Source of the DNA: a virus
Taxonomy: Duplodnaviria > Caudoviricetes
IMG/VR virus record: IMGVR_UViG_3300024319_000502
Location: 2,042-66,041 of that record
Direction: 5' to 3' (one strand)
DNA: 64,000 nt
Each line of letters begins with the position of its first letter. Position 1 is the stretch's first letter. Position numbers and translations under genes: made by a program. Positions 19,799-29,377 of the stretch are shown here, piece after piece. The notes beneath the pieces were generated by a model. The model was given only the letters and a program-made list of their open reading frames with translations. It made no database searches and was not told where the DNA came from.

Positions 19799-20631
19799 TA
19801 GACTGGACTGATATTAGTCCATTCTTTGATAGTGAATTTAATATTAATTTAAATCATGTTAATACTCTACCCAACACTCCCCAATTATACATCAACGGAG
19901 CCAGTGAACATTATGGTGACGGCATACTCGAAGACCTAGCTAAACTAGTTCCTAATCACACAGTACTGAGTCATTATCACAGCGAACATACCCAGTTTTA
20001 TCCTCATTGGTATTATTGGAGTTTGAATAATTTTGAAAACTGTTTTAAACAGAACACAGACAATAACAGTAAAAAATACACTGTAGGTTGTCTAAACAGA
20101 GCGTCAAGAACACACCGTATACTAAATTACATTTGGTTCAATCCAACAGATGATATGTTTTTTACAATGACAACAGCAGAGTCTAATAGAGACTGGTTAG
20201 AGTTACCTAAAGAAGTTGAACAAGAATGGAACCAGATTAAACCTACTCTTAAGCAAGATTATATAACACCGAATCACTGCTTAGGCCCTGCCTGTCAAGA
20301 TTCATACGTACACTTAGTAACTGAAAGCACAGTAGAGCCAAAACTTTTTATTACAGAAAAAACTTGGAAACCTATTGCTAGTGGACAACTATTTTTAATA
20401 CTAGGTAATCCAGGTATTATCAAACATCTAAGAGATCAAGGTATAGACTGCTTTGATGACGTAATAGATCACAGTTACGATCTGGAAGAAGATGCCTTTA
20501 AGCGTATAAAAAAGATACATACAAGTATACGTTCTTTATTAAAAGAAGATTTATTACAAATTAATATAGCGACTAAACAACGCAGGATAAAAAATGCAGA
20601 GTTGTTTTGGTCTAACAATGTTTATGATTAA
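19795..20631 (+). CDS. Putative glycosyltransferase-like protein (EKxxKP family)
   Basis: TEKTWKPIASGQLFLILG...GIDCFDDVIDHSYD. Confidence 0.55.
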   Translation: MIDWTDISPFFDSEFNINLNHVNTLPNTPQLYINGASEHYGDGILEDLAKLVPNHTVLSHYHSEHTQFYPHWYYWSLNNFENCFKQNTDNNSKKYTVGCLNRASRTHRILNYIWFNPTDDMFFTMTTAESNRDWLELPKEVEQEWNQIKPTLKQDYITPNHCLGPACQDSYVHLVTESTVEPKLFITEKTWKPIASGQLFLILGNPGIIKHLRDQGIDCFDDVIDHSYDLEEDAFKRIKKIHTSIRSLLKEDLLQINIATKQRRIKNAELFWSNNVYD

Positions 20632-21244
20632 TATAGCCTGTGTTTACAAAGATCAGAAGTACTCTGAAGATTGGGTAGATCGATTATATCGTGGAGTTGA
20701 ACGCAATATCAATATTGACTTTAACTTTTACTGTATTAGTAATAGACAAACAAAATATAATACCATTCCGTTACAGCTTGACAGTGACGGATATTGGAAC
20801 AAAGTTGAATTGTTTAGGAAAGATCTTTTTAATGGTCCTGTACTTTATTTTGATTTAGATGTAGTGATATGTAATGATATTACTCCAATGATTAAATCTT
20901 GTACTGACAGCAAACTATACATGGCTGAAGAACCTTATCGATCAATACACAACAGCAGTGTTATGTTATGGAATCAAGACTACAGTAATCTCTATGATGA
21001 CTATGTTAGCAATCAAGCAGATGTAGTTCGAGAATATCAAGATATTACAAGGCAAGGAGCACTTGGAGATCAAGCTTATATCAGTGAAAACATTGAACAC
21101 AATGTTATTGATCACAAGTATATTTCATGGGAGCATCACAAAATAAAAACTAATTATGCTGACCCAACTGTGTTAATTTTTACTGGTAGCAAAAAGCCTA
21201 ATCTAAATCAACACTTAGATATTGTTAAGGATAACTGGATATGA
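20624..21244 (+). CDS. GT-A (GT8-like) glycosyltransferase
   Basis: WNKVELF, YFDLDVVI, HNSSVM, GDQAYI, FTGSKKP. Confidence 0.8.
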   Translation: MINIACVYKDQKYSEDWVDRLYRGVERNINIDFNFYCISNRQTKYNTIPLQLDSDGYWNKVELFRKDLFNGPVLYFDLDVVICNDITPMIKSCTDSKLYMAEEPYRSIHNSSVMLWNQDYSNLYDDYVSNQADVVREYQDITRQGALGDQAYISENIEHNVIDHKYISWEHHKIKTNYADPTVLIFTGSKKPNLNQHLDIVKDNWI

Positions 21245-21888
21245 GTAAAATACTAGCACTAGGAGATAGCTTTACCTGGGGCGAAGAGTTAGAAGATAGA
21301 CGTGATTGCTGGGCACAGCGAGTTGCTGATCACTTTAATCTTGAGTTGGACAATCAAGGTATTCCGGGCGGAAGTAACCAACGTGCTATGAGAATGTTAA
21401 TGATGCATACATTAAAAGATGTTAAACTAGTATGTATTGGGTGGAGTCACTTTGATAGATTTGAAGCCAGTGATGAACTAGGTACTTGGGATATATGGCC
21501 AGGTGGACAACGTAGTAAATATGTTAAAGAAGCAAGTTGGCGTAAGACATTAACAGATTATGTGTCAAGACATCATAATGATGACAATCTATACATGCAC
21601 TATCTAACTTATATTGTTCTTGTACAAAGTTATTTAAAACAAAAACAAGTTCCTTTTATTATGATGGATGCGTTTGGTAACAATGAGGATACAAGAAGAA
21701 CTGATAGTAAATTTAAAGTATTATTAGATCAAGTCAACTCAGATACATTTGTTGGGTGGCCTGACTCTACTATGATGGATTGGGCAAAAGACACTCCGCA
21801 TGGTCCAGGTAATCATTTTTTAGAACAAGGACACGAAATAGTAGCCGATAGAGTTATTAAACAAGTAAATAAAATATATGAACTATAA
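21241..21888 (+). CDS. SGNH/GDSL-like protein
   Basis: LGDSFTWG, GGSN, C-terminal HFLEQGH. Confidence 0.65.
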   Translation: MSKILALGDSFTWGEELEDRRDCWAQRVADHFNLELDNQGIPGGSNQRAMRMLMMHTLKDVKLVCIGWSHFDRFEASDELGTWDIWPGGQRSKYVKEASWRKTLTDYVSRHHNDDNLYMHYLTYIVLVQSYLKQKQVPFIMMDAFGNNEDTRRTDSKFKVLLDQVNSDTFVGWPDSTMMDWAKDTPHGPGNHFLEQGHEIVADRVIKQVNKIYEL

Positions 21889-22906
21889 TGAAGCAGAACT
21901 AGTACATTGGATGCAAAACAAGGACACTATGTCTTTGTTGCCTGCACAGGTTGACATTGACCTTACTAATGTCTGTAATCAAGACTGTTATTATTGTAAC
22001 TCAGTAGATTTTCGCAAGGACGAGCCTGTACAAAAGAAATATCACAAATACATTGAGCTGTTAGATAAGTTAGCAACCTGGAGAGCTCATACACCAAAAA
22101 GTTACGGAACAACACACACAATAACATACCCAGGTGGTGGCGAGCCAACTATACTAACAGGCTTTGAAAAGGTAATAGAACATACTGTAGATCAAGGCTT
22201 TCTTGGATCCATTACTACAAACGGTAGCTACTTAGACAAACTGTTTGATATGCCTGTAGAAAAACTTAAGAAATTAGCTTGGATAGGTATAGACATTGAT
22301 GCTGGCACTGAAGACTTGTATGAAAAGATAAGACGTAGTTTAGTTAAAGAGAATCTATTTGAACGTATGCAGTCTAATGCTCGAGAGTTAATTAAGAGAG
22401 GGGCTAACGTAGACTTTAAAGTATTACTATGTCCAGACAATGACACACCAGAAGCACTTGAAAACATATTCACATTTGTTAAAGGTCTAGGAGGTCGTAA
22501 AATATTCTTCCGTCCTGTTATTGTTAACGATAAGGCACATGACATTACATATCAAACACAGTCAACTATAGAACAATTAGGTCGCAAGTATAGCCAACCT
22601 TTTTGGATTAACAATAATAAAACACTGCCACGCAACTATAAACGCTGTCATCAAATGTATCACTTTCCTGTATTCTGTGCAAATGGTAAAATATATGTAT
22701 GCTGTGAAGGTAAGGGTAATCCACAGTTTGAACTAGGACAATGGGATGAAGGTGACTTTAGAGATATATGGATGAGTGAACGTCATCACGATATATACAA
22801 TAAAACAAACACTGGCCTATGTCAACCTTGTAGACCAAATAAGACTAATATTAATATACAGAACATGATAGATACACCACAACAGATAGAAGGATTATAT
22901 AAGTGA
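21878..22906 (+). CDS. Radical SAM enzyme with SPASM/twitch domain
   Basis: CNQDCYYC, GGGEP, TNG; C-terminal C...VCC...CQPC. Confidence 0.9.
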   Translation: MNYNEAELVHWMQNKDTMSLLPAQVDIDLTNVCNQDCYYCNSVDFRKDEPVQKKYHKYIELLDKLATWRAHTPKSYGTTHTITYPGGGEPTILTGFEKVIEHTVDQGFLGSITTNGSYLDKLFDMPVEKLKKLAWIGIDIDAGTEDLYEKIRRSLVKENLFERMQSNARELIKRGANVDFKVLLCPDNDTPEALENIFTFVKGLGGRKIFFRPVIVNDKAHDITYQTQSTIEQLGRKYSQPFWINNNKTLPRNYKRCHQMYHFPVFCANGKIYVCCEGKGNPQFELGQWDEGDFRDIWMSERHHDIYNKTNTGLCQPCRPNKTNINIQNMIDTPQQIEGLYK

Positions 22907-23262
22907 GTTTCTTCCCAAACATTGAATTATTTGATAGACTAGCTATTGCAGAAGTTAAACTAGCAAGAATTGGAGACAACCAAGAAGAAGTTGTGTGGTA
23001 CAGGCAACGGATAAACGAAAAAGAATTTAATCAAGTATATACTCACTTCCAAGAGCTTAAAGAAATACACGATACTATTTGGGACTTAGAAGGATTACTT
23101 AAATCAGGTCGAGAACAAGAACTAGGTTTAGAAGAAATTGGTCGACGTGCTATTGAGATACGTGACTGGAATAACAAGCGTGTTGCATTAAAAAATAAAA
23201 TAGCTGATATACTAGCAACGGATAACGTCAGAGAAATTAAAAAAGATCATTTAAGTGAATAA
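22903..23262 (+). CDS. Hypothetical helical protein
   Basis: ORF coupled to neighbours (ELFDRLAIAEVK...NNKRVALKNKI). Confidence 0.65.
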   Translation: MSFFPNIELFDRLAIAEVKLARIGDNQEEVVWYRQRINEKEFNQVYTHFQELKEIHDTIWDLEGLLKSGREQELGLEEIGRRAIEIRDWNNKRVALKNKIADILATDNVREIKKDHLSE

Positions 23263-23851
23263 TCCATTTGACTACATAACAGAGTTTGAAGAAGCACTGG
23301 CAAGTTATACAGGTGCTAGGTACTCTGTAATGACTGATTGTTGCACACACGCACTCGAACTATCGTTCTTAGCAACAGGTTTCAAACGAACACAGTTTAC
23401 TCCTTACACTTATATTTCAATACCAATGATGTTACATAAAATTGGTGTTAAGTTTGAGTATAATGATCAAGATAATTGGTTGGGAGAATACTACTTTTGG
23501 AACACTAACATCTGGGATTCAGCAAGAAAGCTAGCAGAAGGAATGTATAAACCAGGACAGATACAGTGTCTAAGTTTTGGTCACGATAAACCATTAACTA
23601 TTGGTCGTGGTGGTGCTATCCTACTAGATGATTATGAATTGTATAAGAAGCTTAAATTAATGTGCTATGATGGTAGAGACTTATCAATACAACCTTGGTC
23701 AAGTCAAGAACAATTTGAACTAGGTTATCACTATAAGCCTGTGCCTGAAGAAGCAGAACGTGCATTAACATTATTAGGCAGTCATGATCAAATGCCTAAA
23801 TACAAACAGTATCCTAACTTAAAAAATATTAAAATTAAATTGGATACATGA
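23255..23851 (+). CDS. Short DegT/DnrJ-type PLP aminotransferase
   Basis: DCCTHAL, WDSA, SFGHDKPLTIGRGGAIL (PLP lysine). Confidence 0.8.
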   Translation: MNNPFDYITEFEEALASYTGARYSVMTDCCTHALELSFLATGFKRTQFTPYTYISIPMMLHKIGVKFEYNDQDNWLGEYYFWNTNIWDSARKLAEGMYKPGQIQCLSFGHDKPLTIGRGGAILLDDYELYKKLKLMCYDGRDLSIQPWSSQEQFELGYHYKPVPEEAERALTLLGSHDQMPKYKQYPNLKNIKIKLDT

Positions 23852-23866
23852 TTTGGTAAAATACTA

Positions 23867-23895
23867 TTGCAAACTTGATAAAACTTTGCTATACT
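23867..23895 (+). promoter_or_regulatory. Sigma70-type promoter of folE
   Basis: TTGCAA-17-TATACT. Confidence 0.6.
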
Positions 23896-23907
23896 TATTT
23901 TAAGTAA

Positions 23908-23936
23908 ACGACATCCTCGTCGTCAATAACTCGGAG
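23908..23936 (+). promoter_or_regulatory. Compact hairpin/pseudoknot leader of folE
   Basis: ACGAC-atcctc-GTCGT, A-rich linker, then GGAG SD able to pair with loop TCC. Confidence 0.4.
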
Positions 23937-23943
23937 AAAAAAC

Positions 23944-24684
23944 ATGTCAATAGAAAATCACATTGATTGGAATGAAAAGCAAGACCCAGAAAAAGCATCA
24001 GTCAGTAAAGAAGTAAAACGTAGACTTGAAGCAAATGGAATACGTTATTGGGCTAATGATAACATCAGTGAAGTGCTGTTACCAGGTGACAAAGAAGCAC
24101 TTATCGAAGAAGCAGTTCCTGCTTTTGAAGAAGTATTACAAAAACTTTTAATAGATACAAAAACAGATCCAAATTCAATGGATACTGCAAGACGTATGGC
24201 TAAGATGTATATCAATGAGATAATGGCTGGACGTTATGAAGCAATGCCTAATCCTAGTGCGTTTCCAAACTATGTTGGCGAAGGTGGTTACGAAGGTATG
24301 TTGGTTGTACGTAGTGAGCTAACAAGTTTGTGTTCTCATCATCATCAGACAGTAAAAGGTGTAGCATACATTGGTATCATTGCAGGACCTAAACTATTAG
24401 GTTTAAGTAAGTACACTCGTATCGCTCAGTGGTGTGCTACAAGAGGTACACTACAAGAAGAACTTAATGTTATGATTGCTGATGCAATTCAAAAAGAAAC
24501 AGGTAGTGAACACGTTGGTGTGTATGTACAAGCAACACACGGGTGTTGTGAAAATAGAGGTATTAAAGCACATTCAAGTCTAACACAAACTACAGTATTA
24601 CGTGGTGCGTTTAGAAATGATCCAGCTACTAAGAAAGAGTTCATAGACAATGTTAAACTACAACAAGAGTTTGCCCAAAAGTAG
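23944..24684 (+). CDS. folE: GTP cyclohydrolase I
   Basis: TARRMAKMY, SLCSHH, GLSKYTRI, LQEE, HGCCENRG. Confidence 0.95.
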   Translation: MSIENHIDWNEKQDPEKASVSKEVKRRLEANGIRYWANDNISEVLLPGDKEALIEEAVPAFEEVLQKLLIDTKTDPNSMDTARRMAKMYINEIMAGRYEAMPNPSAFPNYVGEGGYEGMLVVRSELTSLCSHHHQTVKGVAYIGIIAGPKLLGLSKYTRIAQWCATRGTLQEELNVMIADAIQKETGSEHVGVYVQATHGCCENRGIKAHSSLTQTTVLRGAFRNDPATKKEFIDNVKLQQEFAQK

Positions 24685-24685
24685 G

Positions 24686-24714
24686 TTGACCAAAAAATCC
24701 GAATTTAGTATAAT
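24686..24714 (+). promoter_or_regulatory. Strong sigma70-type (early) promoter, TTGACC class
   Basis: TTGACC-aaaaaatccgaatttag-TATAAT (17 nt spacer). Confidence 0.8.
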
Positions 24715-24745
24715 ACTAACAAGGCTTAAAATTTAAGGAGAAGTT

Positions 24746-27685
24746 ATGTTGTTCTTAAGATCGATCTTAGTTGTAGTTATGTTGTTTGTGTCAACCTCTG
24801 TATATGCAGGTCGATGGACGGTATTAGATACCTGGTCAACTACAGACACTCCATATGTACATACTAGTGACGCAACCTACGAATATGTCGTTGATTCTGT
24901 TACAGATTCTTACATAGATACGGACGGAAATACTATTGAACGTATATCAAACGTAAGATATCGAGTCGAAACAAGAACCATAACTACTTCCATTACACAT
25001 AGAGACAGAGTACGTGAACAAAATGCTATGGGTAGAGTACGAGAGCGTGGACTAGACGTATACGCTACAGTAACTACTGAAACAGATGTTCAACGCAATC
25101 ATATGGGAACTTCTGTAGTATCTGAAACTATTACTGCTGTTTCTCCTAGTGTAGAAGAAGCACGTCTAGCAGAAGAGGCTCGTTTAGCAGAAGAAGCCAG
25201 ACTTGCTGAAGTTGCAAGATTAGAAGAAGTAGCAAGGTTAGAAGCATTAGAAGTTGCTAGGTTAGCTGAAGAAGCTCGACTCGCTGAAATTGCAAGATTA
25301 GAAGCACTTGAGGCAGAAAGGCTAGCAGAAGAAGCACGCCTTGCAGAGGTAGCCAGATTAGCAGAAGAAGCACGCCTTGCGGAAGAGGCTCGTTTAGCTG
25401 AAGAGGCTAGACTGTTAGCCATTGCTGAGGAAGAAGCAAGGTTAGCCGAGGTAGCTAGATTAGAAGCATTAGCAGAAGAAGAAAGGCTAGCAGAAGAAGC
25501 CAGGTTGTTAGCTATTGCAGAAGAAGAAGCTAGAGTTGCTGAAGAAGAAAGATTGGCCGCATTAGCAGAGGAAGAAAGATTAGCTGAAGAGGCACGTTTA
25601 TTAGCGGTAGCTGAAGAAGAAGCCAGGTTAGCTGAGGAGGCACGTTTAGCAGAAGAAGCCAGACTTGCTGAAGAGTCCGAAACAGTTGCAACATTAGACT
25701 TTGGTGCTAATAGTATATACTTAGGTACTCCAACTGAAATGCCTAGTTCGGATCCAACATACTATCAAGGACTTGATAACTTTAAAAACTTTAACTCAGC
25801 CGTAGGACAAGACTGGGCATTGTCAAGAGGATGGACAGGTAAAGGATCTACAATTGGTATATTAGATAGTGGTATTGATCTTGATCATCCAGAGCTTGCA
25901 GGTAAAGTTACATTTCAATGGGAACCAGGTTATGACAATGGCATTGAAGACTCAGTAGGTCATGGTAGTCATGTAGCATCAATTGCGGCAGGTAACATGG
26001 GTGGCGAAGTGTTAGGTATAGCACCTGATGCTAATCTAGCTATTGTTAAAATTACTGATTCATGGTCAGCTTCAATGAGCTTTGCTCGTCAGGGTATTGT
26101 GCAACTTAAAAACAATACTGACGCAGTAGTAGCTAACTTATCAGCAAACACTAGTTATCATAACTCATATAAAAGCACAGTAACAGATAGAGGCAATGGT
26201 GTGTTTACCAGCAACCATGAATACTATGGTGGAACTAATTATTATAATATGGAAACACCAGATGCTTGGGGCAGTGCTATGTCAGGTAGTGAAATAGTAT
26301 TAACTATATCAGCAGGTAATCAATCAAATGGTTATGTACAAAATCCTGCGACATTTGCGGTAGCAACAGACAGTTCAGGTAACTTGGTTATGGACGGTCG
26401 TGCTATTGTAGTAGGTGCTTGGAATACTGCTACCGAAACTATTGATGGTGCTAAGTCAGGGCACATGTGTAAAAACTACAGTGGCAGTGAATGTTTAGAC
26501 ACTTATAGAACTTCAGACTTTTATATATTGGCACCAGGTAATAATATAGTAGGTGCTGATAAAGACGGCGGTTATAGATCAATGTCGGGTACATCACAAG
26601 CGGCTCCTGTGGTTGCTGGTGCAGTAGCAGTTATACATCAAATGTGGCCATACATGAAAGGCGAGAACATTGTTCAAGTGTTGTTAGATACTGCTGATAA
26701 AACTATAACAGGATACAATGTTAATACACACGGACAAGGACTGTTAGATCTTAAACGTGCTACAGAACCAATTGGTGATTTAGGTATATCAATGACAGGT
26801 AGAACAGGAACTACTACTCCTCTATCGGGTGGTATTGCAGTTGCTGGTATTAGTTCTGTTACAGAGTTGTCAAGCGTTAAAGTAGTAGATGAAATAGGTC
26901 GTGACTATACAGTTGATTTAAGTTCTGCAACTATTGATCTTAAAGGTAGCACTAATAATTTAATTCCAGTATATCAATTAGATCACTCAGTAGGCAGTGC
27001 ATGGTCAAGTAAATTTGTTGGAGGAGAAGGTGCAAACTATCGAGGTTGGTATCTTAACAGTTACGAACAAGAAGTAGGCAACATAAATCAAGAAACATTT
27101 AGTGCAATGTCATTTGGATTTGATAGTTCAGCACTAGCTGTAAGAGATATATACACTGGAGAAATTAAGGATCCAAGTGACTGGACAGAAAGATTTACTT
27201 ACACAAGAAGTTACGGTTCACCTTTTATGAGCTTTAGTGGTATGTGGGGACAAGTTAACTCAACAGACACATTTGAGTATTCAACAATGTATAAGCCAAA
27301 CAATTGGTATGGACAAGTAGGTGTTATGTATTCTATAACAGACTTTGATAGCGGACTAGTTGAGGACGTTGATAACATTACATCAATGTATGGTGTTGCT
27401 GGTTGGGCTAACGATAATGTAAACTTATATGTAGGTGTTAAGCCTACTGTGATCGATGGTGAGTTAGATTTAAGAGTACCCACATCAGTTAGTAGTACAG
27501 GAGTTATGTCGTATACTAATGCTAAAGCAGATATGACAGGTGACCCAGTAACGTATGTAGGTGCACAATATAACTTAACTAATTCAGAAGATCAATTTGG
27601 TAATGTACATAACTTAAGAGTTAACGGTGCAGTTGATCAATATGGTGACGCACTAGTTGGTGCATTTTATGAGTTTACATTCTAA
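24746..27685 (+). CDS. Secreted S8 subtilase with EEARLA repeat stalk and probable C-terminal beta-barrel
   Basis: Signal peptide; triad ILDSG, GHGSHVA, SGTSQAAP; beta-rich C-terminus ending FYEFTF. Confidence 0.85.
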   Translation: MLFLRSILVVVMLFVSTSVYAGRWTVLDTWSTTDTPYVHTSDATYEYVVDSVTDSYIDTDGNTIERISNVRYRVETRTITTSITHRDRVREQNAMGRVRERGLDVYATVTTETDVQRNHMGTSVVSETITAVSPSVEEARLAEEARLAEEARLAEVARLEEVARLEALEVARLAEEARLAEIARLEALEAERLAEEARLAEVARLAEEARLAEEARLAEEARLLAIAEEEARLAEVARLEALAEEERLAEEARLLAIAEEEARVAEEERLAALAEEERLAEEARLLAVAEEEARLAEEARLAEEARLAEESETVATLDFGANSIYLGTPTEMPSSDPTYYQGLDNFKNFNSAVGQDWALSRGWTGKGSTIGILDSGIDLDHPELAGKVTFQWEPGYDNGIEDSVGHGSHVASIAAGNMGGEVLGIAPDANLAIVKITDSWSASMSFARQGIVQLKNNTDAVVANLSANTSYHNSYKSTVTDRGNGVFTSNHEYYGGTNYYNMETPDAWGSAMSGSEIVLTISAGNQSNGYVQNPATFAVATDSSGNLVMDGRAIVVGAWNTATETIDGAKSGHMCKNYSGSECLDTYRTSDFYILAPGNNIVGADKDGGYRSMSGTSQAAPVVAGAVAVIHQMWPYMKGENIVQVLLDTADKTITGYNVNTHGQGLLDLKRATEPIGDLGISMTGRTGTTTPLSGGIAVAGISSVTELSSVKVVDEIGRDYTVDLSSATIDLKGSTNNLIPVYQLDHSVGSAWSSKFVGGEGANYRGWYLNSYEQEVGNINQETFSAMSFGFDSSALAVRDIYTGEIKDPSDWTERFTYTRSYGSPFMSFSGMWGQVNSTDTFEYSTMYKPNNWYGQVGVMYSITDFDSGLVEDVDNITSMYGVAGWANDNVNLYVGVKPTVIDGELDLRVPTSVSSTGVMSYTNAKADMTGDPVTYVGAQYNLTNSEDQFGNVHNLRVNGAVDQYGDALVGAFYEFTF
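25150..25675 (+). repeat. Degenerate coding tandem repeat (EEARLA / EVARLE units)
   Basis: Long run of roughly 6-residue units with varied synonymous codons. Confidence 0.9.
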
Positions 27686-28140
27686 TGATATTTGATAAAG
27701 TAAAACAACTTAAAGACCAAGGGTTAAGAATAGGAATAACATTCTCAACCTTTGACCTATTACACGCAGGGCATGTTGCTATGTTAAGTGAGTGCAAGAA
27801 TCATTGTGATTATCTGATAGCTGGCTTACAAACAGATCCTACACTAGACAGAGCAAACAAAAACAGTCCTATACAGTCAATAGTAGAAAGACAGATACAG
27901 ATAGGCTGTAATCGTTTCGTTGATGAAATTGTGGTATACCAAACGGAAAAAGATTTAGAAGATATCTTGCTTTCAATGCCAATAGATGTTAGAATATTAG
28001 GTGTAGAGTATGAGAACAAGGACTTTACTGGTAAAGATATTTGTAACAAAAGAGGAATTGAATTAGTATACAATGGCAGAGACCATTCATTTAGTTCAAG
28101 TTCATTACGTAAACGAGTAGCAGAAGCGGAGAAAAAATAA
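27685..28140 (+). CDS. Cytidylyltransferase (TagD-like)
   Basis: TFDLLHAGH, LIAGLQTDP, R...SSSSLR. Confidence 0.9.
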   Translation: MIFDKVKQLKDQGLRIGITFSTFDLLHAGHVAMLSECKNHCDYLIAGLQTDPTLDRANKNSPIQSIVERQIQIGCNRFVDEIVVYQTEKDLEDILLSMPIDVRILGVEYENKDFTGKDICNKRGIELVYNGRDHSFSSSSLRKRVAEAEKK

Positions 28141-28301
28141 TGGCATATGATGCAAAAGCAGTAAAGATACCAACAGAATTAAAAGTAATGGCGGCAAGTT
28201 TTCCTACTAAAGCAGAAGGCAAGGCTTTTATTAAAAGATTTGTTGCAATTAAAGAAGGTGAGTATAATAATTACCAAGCAAAGAAAAGAAGTGGTAAGTA
28301 A
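28140..28301 (+). CDS. Small basic hypothetical protein (53 aa, absent from the ORF track)
   Basis: MAYDAKAVKIPTELK...KKRSGK; TAATG coupling; GGAG SD. Confidence 0.65.
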   Translation: MAYDAKAVKIPTELKVMAASFPTKAEGKAFIKRFVAIKEGEYNNYQAKKRSGK

Positions 28302-28310
28302 TATACTCAA

Positions 28311-28374
28311 AGACGCCTTAAGACAGTCATCCGTCTCAAAATATTCTGCCTGTCATCAAACTTACTCACAGGAG
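28311..28374 (+). promoter_or_regulatory. Riboswitch-like leader of queD
   Basis: Stem AGACG/CGTCT; loop GACAG can pair with CTGTC, which overlaps CCTGT that alternatively pairs with ACAGG of the SD. Confidence 0.5.
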
Positions 28375-28381
28375 ACAAGAG

Positions 28382-28831
28382 ATGGCAACATACTACTCAA
28401 CTAAAACATACGGTCACAACATTGGCCTTTCAGCCTGCTTTAGGCAACCTAACGCTGATCATTCACATTGTCATTTACTACATGGCTACAGTTTACAATT
28501 TAAATTTACGTTTGCATGTAGTGAACTAGATAATAAAAACTGGGCAGTAGACTTTGGTGGACTTAAACAAGTTAAGAAATGGTTAGAAGATCACTTTGAT
28601 CATAAAACAGCTATTGACAAAGATGATCCACACCTAGATAAGTTTAAAGAACTTGAAGAAATGGATCTAGCAGAAATTGTAGTCATGGATGGTGTTGGTG
28701 CAGAAAAGTTTGCTGAACACGCATTTATGTTTGCAGACAAATTAATTAGAGAACAAACAAACGATCGTTGTTGGGTGCATTCAGTAGAGTGTGCGGAACA
28801 CGGTGCTAACTCAGCAATCTACGAGGGGTAA
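28382..28831 (+). CDS. queD: 6-carboxy-5,6,7,8-tetrahydropterin synthase
   Basis: CHLLHGY, VDFGGLK, FDHK, GAEKFAE, E..ANSAIY. Confidence 0.92.
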   Translation: MATYYSTKTYGHNIGLSACFRQPNADHSHCHLLHGYSLQFKFTFACSELDNKNWAVDFGGLKQVKKWLEDHFDHKTAIDKDDPHLDKFKELEEMDLAEIVVMDGVGAEKFAEHAFMFADKLIREQTNDRCWVHSVECAEHGANSAIYEG

Positions 28832-28833
28832 TA

Positions 28834-28923
28834 ATGGAAACAGAAGCAATAATTGGATTAATAATTATGGTAGCGATAGTGGCTATTGCAACTGCGGTAT
28901 CATTAAAGGATAAAGATGACTAA
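28834..28923 (+). CDS. Tiny single-TM peptide (29 aa)
   Basis: METEAIIGLIIMVAIVAIATAVSLKDKDD; GAGG SD. Confidence 0.55.
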   Translation: METEAIIGLIIMVAIVAIATAVSLKDKDD

Positions 28924-29377
28924 GAAAGCATATTATACATGGTCGCAAGTTGAAGAAATGACACAGGACATTATTAGACAACTGCACGTGGATCAACAGA
29001 ATATTGACTGTGTAGTTGGGCTCACAAGGGGCGGTTTAACGCCCGCTGTGCTGGTTTCACAGTATCTAGACATACCAATGCACGCCGTAAAGGTAAGCTT
29101 ACGTGATCACGTAGGAGCAGAGGATCTTGAAAAGATCAAAGAAGATATTGGTATCGATAAAGGCAAACGAGTGTTAGTGATAGATGATATCAATGATACT
29201 GGTGCTACTATATCAGCTATTAAAGATGTATGGGGGACTGACACAGTGACTTATGCAGTATTAATTAACAATGAAGCTAGTACAGAAGATGTTGATTACT
29301 CAAGCATGGACATTAACAAACACGAAGAAAATGTTTGGCAAGTGTTTCCTTGGGAGGACTGGTGGCAATGGAGTTAG
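28916..29377 (+). CDS. Type I phosphoribosyltransferase (xanthine/guanine PRT-like)
   Basis: GLTRGGL, VLVIDDINDTGAT (PRPP loop), WQVFPWE. Confidence 0.9.
   Translation: MTKKAYYTWSQVEEMTQDIIRQLHVDQQNIDCVVGLTRGGLTPAVLVSQYLDIPMHAVKVSLRDHVGAEDLEKIKEDIGIDKGKRVLVIDDINDTGATISAIKDVWGTDTVTYAVLINNEASTEDVDYSSMDINKHEENVWQVFPWEDWWQWS

Noticed and set aside
23925-23932. AATAACTC in the folE leader, identical to the loop of the T4 gene 43 operator as recalled
   Set aside because: Not enclosed by a complementary stem here; an 8-mer match in AT-rich DNA is plausible by chance.
25099-25422. Minus-strand ORF with SSAKRA repeats
   Set aside because: Antisense shadow of the EEARLA repeat in the subtilase.
25150-25675. 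Possible CRISPR array or DNA tandem repeat
   Set aside because: Units are conserved at protein level with varied codons; there are no identical repeats with unique spacers.
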